Assembly (NCBI RefSeq): GCF_004010195.1
Contig: NC_057711.1
Coordinates: forward strand, 82,517,590 to 82,581,589
Direction: 5' to 3'
Length of the DNA stretch: 64,000 bases
Source of the DNA: Chiloscyllium plagiosum
Taxonomy: Eukaryota
In this document: piece by piece, positions 11,808 to 26,135 of the stretch
How positions within the stretch are numbered: position 1 is the first letter of the stretch
How the letters are laid out: every line of letters starts with the position of its first letter
Position numbers and translations under genes: made by a program
The notes under the pieces: generated by a model
Told to the model about the DNA's origin: nothing
What the model saw: the letters and a program-made list of their open reading frames with translations, nothing else
The model's database searches: none

Positions 11808-12003
11808 GGCAAGAAAGTTGCTTTTTACAAAAGAGCACAAATCCTTATAGCGGATATCTGGGGCCTACTTGAAGGGAAGGAGGATGGTGCTTTTCATGAC
11901 ATAGCAAGTCTGACTATATTTGCAGACTACAGAATCCCTCAAGTACTTGTCCACCTTGGAGCCATGAAATACTCAGAAAAACTAATGGAGAAACTTAAAC
12001 AAG
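11808..12003 (+). CDS. QNG1: QNG1/C9orf64 queuosine 5'-phosphate N-glycosylase/hydrolase, penultimate coding exon
   Basis: Acceptor ttag at 11804-11807 and donor GT at 12004. The 196 nt translate to [65 protein letters not shown]+1 nt, matching the remembered C9orf64 motifs FYKRAQI..AD and FADYRxPQVL. Not in the ORF track. Confidence 0.96.
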
Positions 12004-12681
12004 GTTTGTAATCAATTTAGTGTGAATTCAAAGTGCATACTCTGTAAATAGGAGTCACTGATGTAAAAGAATTGTTCAGCTCCTTCAGCAAATTCCCAAG
12101 GGATCCATGTGAGCTAGTTACAGAGTTTTGTCAAACCTTCTCATTTTGGAAGGTAGCTGCGCAGTACATATTTGAACTGGCATATAAAAGGAATGAAATC
12201 TGACTCTTCAGTGATACAAATGGCAAACTTGAAGGCAACCCCAAGCAAAATCTTACTATTGTCAGAGCAGCTCTCAGAGTATTATCTCAGGCTTGTGTAG
12301 AGAAAGTGGTTGGTGCTCTTATTCATTTCACTTTGCCCTTCTCTACCCTTCCAGTCCTTAATTGGAAGACAAGCTCAGACAGACAACTAATTGGTCATCC
12401 TCTGGAAAACTGACCTGGAAGGCTCACTGCTGTAATAGGAAGGTTAAGACCATAAATGGCCTTAACAGCTGCAAGTAGCTGGAACTTCTAGCCCAGCATA
12501 GTTGCAAAAGAACAATTGAGTCAATTAAAATATAGGACAGTTTTGACAAAGCTTTATCCATAATTATTCAGTTGAACAAGAACATTCCATTTTGTAAAGT
12601 TTATTCTCATTTTTTTCAGGTTTTCATTGACACAACCCACTTCAACTGAAGTTTAAAACTGTGTTTTTATCCACATTCTAG

Positions 12682-12911
12682 GTGTCTTGTTCCAATCAGG
12701 GGATTGTGAAGAGGTAGAGATTCGAGGCTGCTCCATTTGGTGTGTTGAGTTAATATTGCGTCGCATTCTGGAACTTGGAGCAGAGAAAGGATGCATCAAT
12801 GCACACATCAATTCTGTTTTGATCGATTACTTCTTGTGGGACTATGCTAGAGATCACCGAAAGGACATGGCAGACATTCCTATCCATCGTGTTCGCTGCA
12901 TCTATTACTAA
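12682..12911 (+). CDS. QNG1: QNG1/C9orf64 terminal coding exon
   Basis: Acceptor ctag ends at 12681 and is phase-compatible with the previous exon (G|GT = Gly). Translates to (G)[24 protein letters not shown]...[34 protein letters not shown], with the EVEIRG, DYxLW and HRxRCIYY C-terminal motifs of this family. TAA at 12909-12911. Confidence 0.96.
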
Positions 12912-13325
12912 TTAGATGTTGCGTATTTCTATGAAGTGAAAAGACGCAGCTTATTTTGGGAGCAAGAACAGAATGCTCAGTCACTTACATTGCAGGCTCT
13001 TATCTTGGTTCATATTTGCATTTTAATTTGCAAATTCATATATCTTTTACAAAACATTGTAGTAATAGCAAATGCAACTAGATAGTATAAAAGAAAGCAA
13101 TGTATTTCTCCAAGTAGATTAGTGACCCAAGTTAATTCTGTCTACTGAATTCCTAAAAGTTCCTCTGTAATTTCAGTGCAGAATGAAGATAAAATATTTT
13201 TTCAGAAAGAAGTCTAAGGAAAATGTGCTGGGTACCTTCAGAGAGCTGGTCTAGTACTTGTACTTGTGTTCAAATGAGAACAACATTGAGTTGTCTACGT
13301 ATCTGCCTTACATTGTAATGTTAAG

Positions 13326-13331
13326 ATTAAA
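13326..13331 (+). promoter_or_regulatory. Candidate polyadenylation signal (ATTAAA) of QNG1
   Basis: First AATAAA/ATTAAA hexamer I found after the QNG1 stop, ~415 nt downstream in AT-rich UTR-like sequence. Confidence 0.35.
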
Positions 13332-13740
13332 TTGGAATATCTCTGGACATTAATATTAATGGGTTAAACTGCACTGACTGAATAGTCTGGATGTGGGTGA
13401 GGATGACATTCATGCAGGGATGCGGATGACTCCCACTCCATTTTGACAGTCATTTGCTACTACTCCTCATTCTGCCCCTTCCATTCACAAATACTTACAT
13501 AGCCATCCCCCAGCCAATCAGGTTCACTTGTGTGATCATCCCCAGTGGTGAAGCCTACTCCACCTACACTGTGTGGGGAAGTAGTGGAGTCAGAACTCAT
13601 TTGCAGGGCCGCCCCGAAGCTAGGACATATCATACTTACATTGTCTTGGAGAATCACTGAGTCAGGAAATCGTCTGCACAACAATTCCACAGCATAATCT
13701 CCGATGCTGATCTCATCCTACCATTGTACCTGGGGTAACA

Positions 13741-13986
13741 TGTGATTATGGGGGAGGGGGGGGGGGGCATGGCCAGAATATCTGTGAGCATTACCAACTG
13801 ACCCATATAAAGGGGATGTGTTTTCTTTGTTCAGGGTCTCTCTCCTGACTCGACTTCACATGCTTGCAAAGAGTATCAGAGGGGGTCAGCTAGCTTGTAC
13901 AAGCTTGAATAAACTTTAACTGTTTGTAGAAGTTGGTGTGTGCAAATTGCATTTCGTGTATGAAACCTCTGGAAAAGAACCTAACA
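13741..13986 (+). mobile_element. Short LTR
   Basis: TG...CA ends, TATAAA at 13806-13811, AATAAA at 13908-13913. An AACAT direct repeat straddles both junctions (13737-13741 and 13986-13990). Confidence 0.6.
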
Positions 13987-15568
13987 ACATCCCTTCCAAA
14001 TTTTTGAAATATGCCATTTGAAGTCTGTGTAGCAGGCCAGATCACAACTGCATGTAGTCATGGCAATTTAAAAGGTTGCTCACCCTATTGAGGTGCATGC
14101 CACGTCTTTATAAAGTGGTTCAATAGGTCTTATTACTCCACTCAACCCCATTGCCCACTATTTCCATCAAGAGTCTAACCAATTTTCTTTCGAAATTATT
14201 TATCATCTCTGCTTCCATCACCCATGTAGATATTGAGTTTCAGGTCATTACCACTATTTTAGAAAACAAGGTATTTATCACATTTTCCCTTGTGTCCACA
14301 CCCTAAAGATCTTGCTCCATGGTCTTTGTACCATTAGCTTATGGGAACAACTTTTCTTTGTCTGCCTTATCCAAACCTGTCATGATCTTGTGCACCTTTT
14401 TAAATTTCCCACCTCCAAACCCCTTTCTCCAAGAGTAATCTCAACTTCCTGAACTTAACCTTTGTAGCTAAAATTCCTCTTCTCTGAAATCATTCTAGTT
14501 AATTTCCTCAGCACCTTCTCACAGATCAGTATTATGAAAGGTTGTGGCAAAATAAAATGATCACTTGCATGGTCAGCAAGGCTATAATGAGGTGGGACAA
14601 AGGTAGAGAGTCAAAGTGTGTGGCGTTGGAAAAGCACAGCAGGTCAGGCAGCATTCAAGGAACAGGAAAGTCAATGTTTCAGGCATAAGCCCTTCATCAG
14701 GATAAAGATAAAGCCTTAGACTGTGATGAGATTCAGGTAAATGTGTAATTTTATTAGTTGACACAGCATGCTTAATTTTAACAAGAAAACTTCAGAGTAC
14801 AAACCTGAAATTAAATCTTCAAAGCACGCTAGTATACGTCATCTTTCCAAACATCCATTTAGATGTCACCTCAATACATAACAGGTAGGTTCTGCATGCG
14901 ATAAGCACCCATCCTTTACAGATTGCTACTGAAATCAGAGATTTTGAGACTAGATGTGCAGAAACTTTGATTTAAAAATCGTTAACAATATATTTTTTAT
15001 TGGTAGTTTATCAGTAAAATGCCAAGTGCATTTGAACCTTTACAATGGTTTGGTTAGACCATATCTAGAGAGTATTGTGTCCAGTTCTGGTCACATCAAG
15101 AAAGACATATCTGTCTGTGCAACTGATACCAGTTGGGGAAAAGGTGATATCTTAGTTTCAATCAATTTAATCATTGCATTTAATATCTAATTACATGAGT
15201 ATCTCTTGTGGGACATCAAGCTAAGCTCAACCAGCTAATTTCACATTGCCATAACTAAAATATTTTTGCACAATATTAGTAGTAAAGAGAACCAGATGTT
15301 GAACCCATTAAGAAAACTACAGGACTATGGTTAATTCTTGCCAGGAAACATCCTGTATATAATGAAGGGAAGCACAGTTTGTGACGTCAGTTAACTCCTC
15401 CTTTCAGATGCTAACTGTCTTCCAACAGGCCCAAGTGGTGTTTGTGATCCACATTAGTCTCTTCCTACCGAAATGTATCCAACTTTACCTTCTTTTTCTT
15501 CCTCACTTGTGCTGATTTAGATTCCACCTTCAAATGTATTTCAATTACTTGTGTTCTATATTCTTAAG

Positions 15569-15742
15569 GAGAAAGTGAGGTCTGCAGATGCTGGAGATCA
15601 GAGCTGGAAATGTGTTGCTGGAAAAACGCAGCAGGTCAGGCAGCATCCAGGGGCATGCTGGCTTATGCCCGAAACGTCGATTCTCCTGTTCCCTGGATGC
15701 TGCCTGACCTGCTGCGCTTTTCCAGCAACACATTTCCAGCTC
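15569..15742. mobile_element. Fold-back Penelope-derived short element with 15 bp TSD
   Basis: Inverted arms (gctggaaatgtgttgctggaaaa...ttttccagcaacacatttccagc), flanked by TTCTATATTCTTAAG at 15554-15568 and 15743-15757. Confidence 0.85.
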
Positions 15743-15897
15743 TTCTATATTCTTAAGACTTGTAATGTAAATAAGGGAGTTTTGAACTACTGTATGTATT
15801 TCAGAGGTTCCAAAAATTAATATATTGCATACCTTTTCTAAATCCACCAACTATCTGCATACTCCTACCAGCAGATTCGTTAAAATATTAAACCTGA

Positions 15898-18428
15898 GTC
15901 ATAGAGATGTATACCATGGAAAATGACCCTTCGCTCCAAATCGTCCATGCTGACCAGATATCCTAAGTTAATCTAGTCCCATTTCCCAGCATTTGGCCAA
16001 TATCCTTCAAGTCCCTCATATTCATAGAACATAGAATACCCATTCAGCTGTCTTTTAAATGTTGCAATTGTACTAGCCTCCACCACTTCCTCTGGCAGCA
16101 CATTCTATACGTGCACCACCCTCTGTGTGAAAAAGTTGTCCCTTAGGTCCTTTTTATATCTTTCACCTCTCACCCTAAAACTATGCCTTCTATTTCTGGA
16201 TTCCCCACCCCAGGGGAAAAGACCTTGTCTATATACCTTATCCAACTCCTGTACTCAATGCTCTGACCAACAAAGCATACCAAATGCCACCTTCACTCTC
16301 CTTCCTACCTGCTACTCCACTTTCAGGGAACTATGAAACTGCACTCCGAGGTATCTTTGTTCAGCAACCTTCCCCAGGACCTTACCGTTATGTGTTTAAG
16401 TCCTGCTCTGATTTGCCTTTCCAAAAATACAGCATCTCTTTTATCCAAGTTAAACTCCATCTGCCATTCCTTGTCCCATTGGCCCCTGATCAAGATCCTG
16501 TTCTACTCTGATGTAACTTTCTTTGCTGTCCATTACACCTCCAATCTTGGTGTCATCTGCAAACTTACTGACTGTACCACTTATGTTCACATCCAAATGA
16601 TGTATATAAATGACGAAAAGCAGTGGACCCAGCATCGATCTTTGTGGCACATCATTGCTCAGAGATGTCCAATCTGAAAAGCAAACCTTCGCCACTACTT
16701 TCTGTCTTCTACCTTTTAACCAGTTCTGTATCCAAATGTCTCCCTATATTCCATATGATCTAACCTTGCTAACTGGGCTACCATGAGGAACCTTGCCAAA
16801 CACCTTATTGATGTCCATATAGGTCATGTCCACCTGTCTACTCTCATCAATCCTCTTTGGTACTTCTTCAAAAAAATCAATCAAGTTCGTGAGGTATGAT
16901 TTCCCAAGCACAAAGCCATGTTGACTATCCATAATCAGTCCTTGCCTATCCAAATACATGTAAATCTTGTCCCTCAGGATTCCGTCCCAACAACTTGCCC
17001 ACCACCAATGTCAGGCTCGCAGATCTACAGTTCCCTGGCTTGTTCTTACCACCTTTCTTAAATAGTGGCACTATATTAGCAAATCTCCAGTCTTCTGGCT
17101 CCTCACCTGTGACAATCAATGATCCAAATATGTCAGCAAGGACCCAGCAATGATTTCCGCAGCTTCCCACAGAGTTCGAAGGTACACCTGATCAGGTCCT
17201 GGGGGTTTATCCGCCTGACTCGTTTTAAGATATCCAGCACGTCCAACTCCGTAATATGAATATTTTTCAAGATGTTATCATCTATTTCCCCACATTCTAT
17301 ATCTTCCATGTCTTTCTCCACAGTAAACACTGATGCAAAATACTTGTTTAGTATTTCCCCCATCTCCTGCAGTTCCACACATAGCTGCCTTGCTGATATT
17401 CGAGGGGCCCTGTTCTATCCCTCATTACCCTTAGTCCCTAATGTATTTATAAAATCCCTTTGGATGCTCCTTAACCCTATTTCTTAAAGCTATCTGATGC
17501 CCTCTTTTGGCCCTCCTGATTTCCCTCTTAAGTATACTCCTACTGCCTTTATATTCTTCTAAGGATTCACTCGACCTCTGCCATCAATACCTGACACATG
17601 CTTCCTTCTTAACAAAAACCTCAATTTGTCTAATCACCCAGCATTCCCTACAACCTTGTCTTTCATCCTAATGGGAACGGAATGAGGAATTCCTGATGAA
17701 GGACTTATGCCCAAAATGTTGATTCTCCTGCTCCTCGGATGCTGCCTGACCTGCTGTGCCTTTCCAGCACCACACTCGACTACCTCGTTCTCTGCTTTGT
17801 TCCTGACTGTTGACTTACTCCTTTTCCCAATTGTACAAGTCTCAGTCTGATCTCTTCCCTCACTATCTCCGTGGGTGCCCCCACCCCAGTCCACCTCACT
17901 AGTTTAATCCTCCCGAGCAGCTCTAGCAAATCTCCCTGCCAGTATATTAATCCTCTTCCAATTTAGGTGCCATCTGTCCTTCTTGTACAGGTCACTTCTA
18001 CCCCAGAGGAGATTCCAATGATCCACAAATGTGAACATTTCTCCCCTGCACCAGCTCCTCAGCCATGCATTCATCTGCTCTATTCTCCTGTTCCTACCCT
18101 CACTAGCTCATAGTAATGGGAGTAATCCAGATGTTACTACTCTGAAGGACCTTTTTAAATTCCTGCCTAACTTCCTATATTCTCACTTCAGAATCTCATC
18201 CTTTTTCCTTCCCATGTTGTTGGTTCCAATATGTACAACAACCTCTTGCTGGTCCCACTCCCCTTTGAGAATATTCTGTACTCTCTCCAAAATATCCTTG
18301 ATCCTGGGATCAGGAAGGCAACACACCATTCTGATTTTTTGCTGTTGGCCGCAGAAACGTCTGTCTGTGCCTCTGAATGGAGAGTCCCCTATCACAACCA
18401 ATCGCTTGGAACCTTATGTACCCCTTGT

Positions 18429-18460
<32 letters not shown>

Positions 18461-18676
18461 ACCTTTGGTCTCTACCTTTGCTTCTCTTCTTCCTTTTTAA
18501 AGTGTTTGATCATTCCCCACCCCCTCTCCGCGAAGTTCCAAAACAATGCAATAGCTTATTAAACAGTAATTACTGCTCTTGGAATTCAAAGACATCAGCT
18601 CCTACACCTAAAATACCTCAAAAAAGGAGCAGCTCTTAGAGCCTCCATGTTTTCCTGTCCTCCATCTTGGATTACT
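15898..18676 (-). mobile_element. CR1 LINE with 5' and 3' ends and large internal deletions
   Basis: Esterase motifs VIGDS/VHIGTNN (18183-18401). RT motifs [23 protein letters not shown] and QHGF. 3' tail at 15898 and 5' end ctccatcttggatt near 18670. Confidence 0.9.
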
Positions 18677-19769
18677 AGTATAATGCCCAAACATTGTTTA
18701 AAATTTACAAATAATACATTTATGAAACTTACTTGATGCCATAATAATACTACATGGCATTAATATGATGAATTAGATCATTTACTTGGCCTAATATTTG
18801 CAGTGAAGGATGATACTTTGATTCAGGTTTTTCAGTAAATTGGTCATGGAAGCATGGCAATTTTTTGTGCATTTCCACATTTAGGTAGACAATACCTCTG
18901 CTGCACTTGCCAAACTCTGAAAATTGCTTTTTGTTTCAATACTGAGTTGAGTTTTAAATCTCATTCCTAACCATCAGTAATACTGCCTTTTCTATCTGTG
19001 CAACATAGCCATCCCTCTTTCACCAAAACCATTATATATTCCTTGTCCCCTCTCACCTTGGATTATGTCAATGCCTTCCCATCCTCCATAAACTTCCTTC
19101 ATCCAATACACAGCAACCTGTATCTTGTTCTTCATATAGATTTTTTTGCCCATCATTGACCTACACTATCCTTCAATGTTGTAAGTTCAAGGTCTTCTCA
19201 AATTGCACCCTATCTGCACAATGTCCTCTAAGTCTTAGTTACCTTTCATGGGATATATCAATCTTCAGATTCTATTTATTTTAAGGCAGCTCTCTACTTT
19301 TACCTCACCAGTTATGGATCATTTGGTGACACTGACTATTTACTGGCTTATGTCATAATGCAGGCCCTACCTTTTCAACCTCAGCTCTCTCCTGAGGTAC
19401 GGTGGCCCTTGGCTTAAACACTGCTCAGTCCTCTCTCTCTAATAAGAGAGGAGTCTTTTGTCCTCTGGAACTGTAGTCACTATCACATTTCATCTCATCT
19501 GCAGGGTCCACCAATCTTTGCTCCTTTAAATGTTCTCCAAAAATCCATCATTTGTGCTTGATTTTGATCACCTCCTAATTGTTGGCCTGGATTTACATCC
19601 ATTTACCCTACCAATTCCAGTTTAAACTATCTCTAGGACAATTTTTCTTTAACTTAAGAGATCTATATAAGTGCAAGTATATGTTTGAATACTGTATTTA
19701 AATTATTGTGTTGTAGCTGCACAACAATCAACTACACATTTTAAAAATAAATTCCCATCATGCACACAC

Positions 19770-20245
19770 ACCTCCCTGTCAGCATCTTGAAGAGACCATC
19801 CCATCCAGCTACCTTAGACAACTCCTCAATCACCCCTAACATCCATTCCCTTCCCATATGCAGTCACAGAAAGCAATTAGGACATCTGCCCTTCATTCCC
19901 CACCATCCAAGGTCCCATTCGGTCCTCCTGGTACATCAACGATTTATGTGTACTAATTTAGACATAGCATACCGTATTCGCTGCCTTCCTGCGTTGTGAC
20001 ATCACCTGACTGGGGAGACCAAACCCAAATTGGGTGACGGTGGAACACCTTTCCTTAGTCTGCAAATATGACACCAAGCTTCCAGTCGCTTACCATTTTA
20101 ATTTGCCAACTTGCTCTCAGTCTCACATTTCTTTTCTCTACCTGCTGTGTTCCATGAAGCTCAATGCAAGAGAAATAGCCCCTTATCTTCTGATTAGGCA
20201 CTTTACAGCCTACTACAATCAATAGAATTCAACCATTTCAGACAT
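19770..20245 (+). mobile_element. Decayed Penelope GIY-YIG region
   Basis: YxIRC...GETK...EHL...PVAxHFN pattern read across frameshifts. Confidence 0.6.
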
Positions 20246-21574
20246 GAACTTTGTCCCTCATTTTGTGTCTGTTTTTTGCCACGTGTCAGTTTGAATCCTC
20301 TTTTGCAGGTCTTTGCTTTGGCACTGAGTCATCAATTAATCTGGCATTTACACTCACATTGGGCAAATGCTTTGCCCTTTTTTCCATTACACCTTAGTCA
20401 TATCTCTGCCACAATTCTGCTAAAAAGATATTATTTTTAAATAATGATCAATCTAGCAATCAAGTCCAGAGCTTGATAAACTCGAGGCCGTGAATAAATC
20501 AATATAATTTTGAATCCAATATCAGCAATTATAAGACTAAATTTCAAATTTACTGTTGTGAAGGAATTGAAATTCAACTGAGTTCAATGTAACAGAAAGT
20601 GCTTCACGTTACCCCTGGAAGCACCTAACCAAGGATTGCTGTCTTTGTGTTATAGATTGGTTGAAGTATTGTCATATCTCCCCTGTTCTCTACCTTATCC
20701 CAGACCTATTGCATATCGGTTTAGAGTTTTCCCCCTTTGCTTTTACAGCAGATAACCCATCATATTTTTACTGTTGTCCATTTCTCAAGAAGGGTTATAT
20801 TCAACTCTAAATAGTAACTGTTTCTGTCTCCACAGGTGCTGCTAGAACTGCTGAGTAGTCCCAGCAATTTCTGCTTTTATTTCATATAAAACATAATTGA
20901 TTTGTTTTTTCAAATATTAAATAATTTGTGGATTTTCTTGTTTCTGTGATTTTGAGTGTTAAATATTTTATATTAAAAAAAATGTAAATACCCTGTGAAT
21001 TTCTTAGCCTCCACGAGAAGCGTTGTTGTAGTGGCATTTTGCTGGGTCAAAATCCTGGAATTCTCTGTGTGTACCCAGACCAAGTGTTTCAGCGTATCAA
21101 GAAGGCAGTTCAACACCACCTTCTCAAGGGCAATTAGGGATGAGTAATATATGTTGGATTACCCAGAGAGGCTCATGTCCTCCTGTGAATGAATAATTAA
21201 AATATATGTTTATGTTAACCATGTGAATTGAAAAGGAGCAACATTATGTCAAAGTGTTTCATAAGAGGAGGAAAAGTTTGAGTGGGGTGAGGATGCATTG
21301 ATCCCAGGTAAATTAGAAACATGCATACCAGGCAAAACTCTAGTTGAACATGAATTAACTTTTAAATAGGTGCAGTTAAGGTACACTCCCCTGAAGAGAA
21401 ATGGTCAGACAACCAAAGTCAGAATTCACCGGACATTGTGAGAGATAGAGAGAGAGAGAGAGATTGTAAGGTGAGCCAAAAAAGGTTCAAATATCAGATG
21501 GAAAAATATAAGTGAGAAACAAATAGATTTGCTGTTAAATAATCTGAAAAGTTCGGTGGGAAAGGGCAAAAAGG

Positions 21575-22230
21575 AAATATAAGAGTGAACTTCCAAAGGT
21601 CTTTGAAAATGACGAAGTGAAAGAGAGAGGATCTTACCGTCACCAAGGATAAGATGCTAAGTAAACTATTGAACCTAAATGGCCTGATTCCTACACTCTT
21701 TGAAAAAGTGACAGTGGAGGTAGTGAATGCATTGGTTATAAACTTCCAAAATTCTTAACATTTGGAAGGGCCCCAGTGGATTGGAAAATAATTAATCTAA
21801 CTCCATATTCAGGATGTGAAGATGCCGGTGTTGGAGTGGGGTGGACAAAGTCAGAAGTCACGCAAGACCAGGTTATAGTCCTACAGGTTTATTTGAAATC
21901 ACAAACTTTCTGAGCAGTGCTCTTTCATCAGGTGAAGTGACCTAACAAAGGAGCTCTGAAAGCTTGTGAATTTCAAATAAACCTGATGAACTCTAACCTG
22001 ATGTGATGTGACTTTTGACATTATTTAGGAAAGGAGGAATACAAAAAATAGGAAATTAAAGGCCAGTTAGCAAAGGCAGATGCAATGACATCTTTCGAAG
22101 AGAATTAGAAATACACCTGAAAATAAAAATAATTGCAAGACTAGGTGGAAGGGGGCAGGCAAGTATGATTATCTGAACTGATCTCACAAAGAGCTGGCAC
22201 AGACATAATAGCTGAATGGTCTCCTTTGAC
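21575..22230 (+). mobile_element. Decayed CR1 RT/3' fragments interrupted by a palindromic Penelope-derived insert (~21814-22021)
   Basis: CR1-like ccagtggattggaaaata...aggaaaggagg segments. The insert has inverted arms around ttcatcaggtg and imperfect flanks tattcagga/tatttagga. Confidence 0.6.
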
Positions 22231-23049
22231 TCATGTTTCTACATTCACCCCCAGTCTTTTTCTTTTTCATTGTAAAGGACCCCATTCTGTTTGGTCTTTC
22301 CTGCTAAGAACAGCCTTTCAGTTCTTATGCCATCCTTATGAATCTTTTTTTCTTCAGTTCTTAATGTACTTTATAACATGTTGGCCCAACTATTCATTAT
22401 TTTCTAAGTTATTCAACCAATATTTAATTTTAATTTAACAAACCTTTCTGTTTTTCTTTTCAATCCATCTAGAAATGAAACATAGTGCTTGGTATGCTTT
22501 TGTTTTATTGATCTCACTTCTTGTGATAAATGTATCTGTATTCACTTTGCTCATCTATCCCTTGCGACTTTAATTATCAATGCAGTATGTGATTACCTAA
22601 CTATTCCAAATACTTAGCTACTGAGGTTGCAGTTATAAACTGATCTTTGATCTTTCGAAAAATCCTGCCAAAAACATGGGTTGACTTATATGCCAAGTAT
22701 AAAATGTGGTCTGCCAATTTTGGTGTCGATGGTCAACCCTTTTCAGCTGTGGAAGAAAAATACCACTGGTAATTCAAGTTAAATCAATATATCACATTTT
22801 ATTTGATGTATTCATTCTACAAGGGTAGCTCAAACCACATTCATTATGTTTTAAAAACAATCAACATTACTAACTTCAGCTTCCAATCTAAAGTTCATCA
22901 AATTCATTCAGAGTTACTTTGACTGTAGCATTATTGTAAGGATCCTATCCGGATCAGGCACAGCACCTTTGGTTTCATATTCTTTCTTTCACTTACTGCA
23001 TGAATAGCATCCTTCAATTGAATTATGAAACCACATTAACATCAAGCAG

Positions 23050-26000
23050 GACATAAGAACCAACAGCAGGAGTAGGTAATTCAGCCCCCGAACCTGCTCC
23101 GCCATTTAATGTGATAATGGTGGATCTCATATCAGCCTCAACTCCACTTTCCTGCCCACTTTAATATCCTACAACAACATATGACATGGAAGAAGAATTA
23201 GACCATTTGACCCATTGAGTCTGCTCCACCATCCAATATATCATGGTTGATATATTTCTCAAACCCATTCTCCTGCCTTTCCTCTGTAACCCTTGATTCC
23301 CTCATCAATCAAGAACTTATCAATCTCTGTCTTAAATATACTCAATGATTCCATTGGCTTTCAGAGCAGTAGAGTGGTGAATATTGCGTGGTGGCTTTTT
23401 TTGCAAGCCCATGCATTTTTGCATTTTTTTTCTGCGCAGTTATAACTCTGCAACTACATTATCTCCCTCTGGTTTGGTCCTCACATAATATGGGGACAGG
23501 AGCTGGATTGACTTGAAAACTGGGGCCTGTGTCATGTACCTGCCAAGGAGCGTTTGAGTGTTCTCATCAGTTTCAGTTCCTCCCTGCAAGAGGTCACGCC
23601 ACTTGCTTCTGCCAGTCTGTTATAACATTAACAAACTATTTCACAAGAAATTGTTCATCTTTTTCAACTCTGGATGTCAACTGAGAGGCTTCTGAGTAGA
23701 AAAGTTCTACTACTGGCTAAACTCCATGTATTTATTGCATCTCTGTGCACATGGAGAAGTTGCTTCCAACAAGCCATTTACTCTCAGTTGAGTGATTTCA
23801 ACTACAGGCTGCTTGGCAACTACTTCACCATCAGATTATGAAAGATGATGCACTTGCTGCAGGTTGACACTGTGTCATACTACAATTTAAAAGGCATCTG
23901 AATGGGTACATGAATAGCAAGGGTTTAGAGGGATATGGCCAAGTGCTGGCAGATGGGACTAGATTGGGTTAGGATATCTGGTCGGTATGGACAAGTTGGA
24001 CCGAAGGGTCTATTTCCGTGCTGTACATCTCTATGATTCTATGATTCTATGACTTGGCCTCCACAGTCCTTTGCGGCAATGAGTTCCACAGTTTAGCCAC
24101 CCTCTGGTTAGAGAAATTCTTCCTCATCTCATTTCTAAAGGGTTGTCCCATCGTTCTGAGACTGTGTCCTCAGATCTCAGTCTTTTCTACTAGTGGAAAC
24201 ATTTTCTCCATGTCCACTCTATCCAGGCCTCTCAGTATTCTGTAAGTTTCAGTCAGATCCCCCTCATCCTTCTAAACTCCATGAGTAGAGACCCGAGTCC
24301 TCAACTGCTTCTCATGACAAGACTCTCATCCCCAAGATCATTCTTGTAAATCTCCGCTAGCACACCCTTCCTTAGGTACAGGGCCAAACACTCCTCACAA
24401 GATTCCAAATGTGATCTGACCAGAGCATTGTACAGCCCCAGCAGTTCATCTCTGCTCTTGTATTCTCACCTTCTTGAAATGAATGCTAACATTGTCATTG
24501 CCTTCCTAACTGCCAACTGAACCAACTAACCATAAGAGAAATCTGAACAAGGGCTCCCAAGTCCCTTTGTACTTCAAATTTCTGAGTCTTTCCTCATTTA
24601 GAAAATATTTCTTCCTTCAAAAATACATAGCTTCACATGTTCCCACATTGTATTCTATCTGGTATTTATTTGCCCAGTCTCCTATCTTGTCCCAAGTCCT
24701 TCTGCAGCCTCCCCACTTCCTCAACACAGTCTGTCCCTCCACCTGTCTTGGTGTCATCTGAAAACTTATCAACAATGCCCTTATTCCTTCATACAGATCA
24801 TGAATATATAATGTGAATAGGTTATGGTCCCAACACGGACCCCTATGGAACTCCACTAGTCACTGCCTGCCATCCTGAAAAAGACCCCTTTATTGCTACT
24901 GTCTATCTGCTGCCAGTCAGGCAATCTTCTATCTATGCCAGAACCTTACCCTAACATCATAGGGTCTTATTTTATTTTGCAGGCTCTTATGTGGCACCTT
25001 GTATTTTTATACATTCATGGGACATGGGCGTCAATTGTTGGCCAGCATCTATTGCCTGTCCCTTGTCCTTGCGAAGGTGATGGTGAGCTGTCTTTATGAA
25101 GCCACTAATGTGAGTTGACCCACAATACATCAGAGAGGGAATTGCAGGATTTTGACCCAGTGACAGTGCAGGAATAATGATATATTTCCAAGTCAAGATG
25201 GTGAGTGGCTTGGAGGAGAATTTGCTTTTGGTGGTGTTCCCATGTATCTGCTGCCCTTGTCCTTCTGGATGGAAATGATCGTGAGTTTGGAAGATGCTGT
25301 CTAAGGATCTTTGGTGAATTTCAGCAAAGGCATTCCTTGTCAAAAGCCTTCATGGAAATCCAAATAGATCACATCCACTAGATTAGATTAGATTCCCTAC
25401 AGTGTGGAAACAGGCCCTTTGGCCCAACAAGTCCACACCAACCCTCTGAAGAGTAACCCACCCAGACCCATTTCCCTCTGACTAATGTACCTAACACTAT
25501 GGGCAATTTAGAATGGCCAAATCACCTGACCTGCACATCTTTGGACTGCGGGAGGAAACCCACACAGACACAGGGAGCACCTGGAGGAAACCCACACAGA
25601 CACAGGGAGAATGTGCAAACTCCACACAGACAGTTGCCCGAGGCTTGAATCAAACCTGGGTCCCTGGTTCTGTGAGGCAGCAATGCTTTTAGCTCTCCAT
25701 TGTTTAAATCTCTGTAATCCTTCAACCGATTACTAATTCAAAATCTATCTCCTCCTTAAATTTACACAATGTTCTGGCATCCACAACACTCTGGGGAAGG
25801 GAATTCCACAGATTCACAACCCTTTGAGAGAAATGATATTTCCTCATCTCTGTTTTAAATCTGCTACGCCTTATCCGAAAACTATGATCTCCCATTCTAG
25901 ATTGCTGCGCAACAAGGAGCATCCTCTCTCAATCGACTTTGTCAATTCTCTTTCTCATCTTATATACCTCAATTAGATTTCCTCTCATTCTTTTAACTGC

Positions 26001-26135
26001 CAAAGAATTCTTTTAACGTCCGGAGAATATAGGCCTAAACTGCACAATCTCTCTGGAGCTGCCTCCATTGCAATTGCATCTTTTCTTAAGTAAGGAGATC
26101 AAAATTACATGCAATACTCCAGGTACCATCTCACT
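23050..26135 (-). mobile_element. Cluster of nested CR1 3' fragments, mostly on minus, with older tails and possible pogo-like pieces
   Basis: Several CR1 3' UTRs (agaattagaccatttgaccc...) and an RT segment at 24620-24900. A plus-strand CR1 tail lies at ~23880-24050. Confidence 0.7.
25379..25690 (-). mobile_element. HE1-type V-SINE
   Basis: Tail (tagat)n...gtggaaacaggccc, central tgacctgcacatctttggactg and aaacccacacagacac, and a tRNA-like head. Confidence 0.88.
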
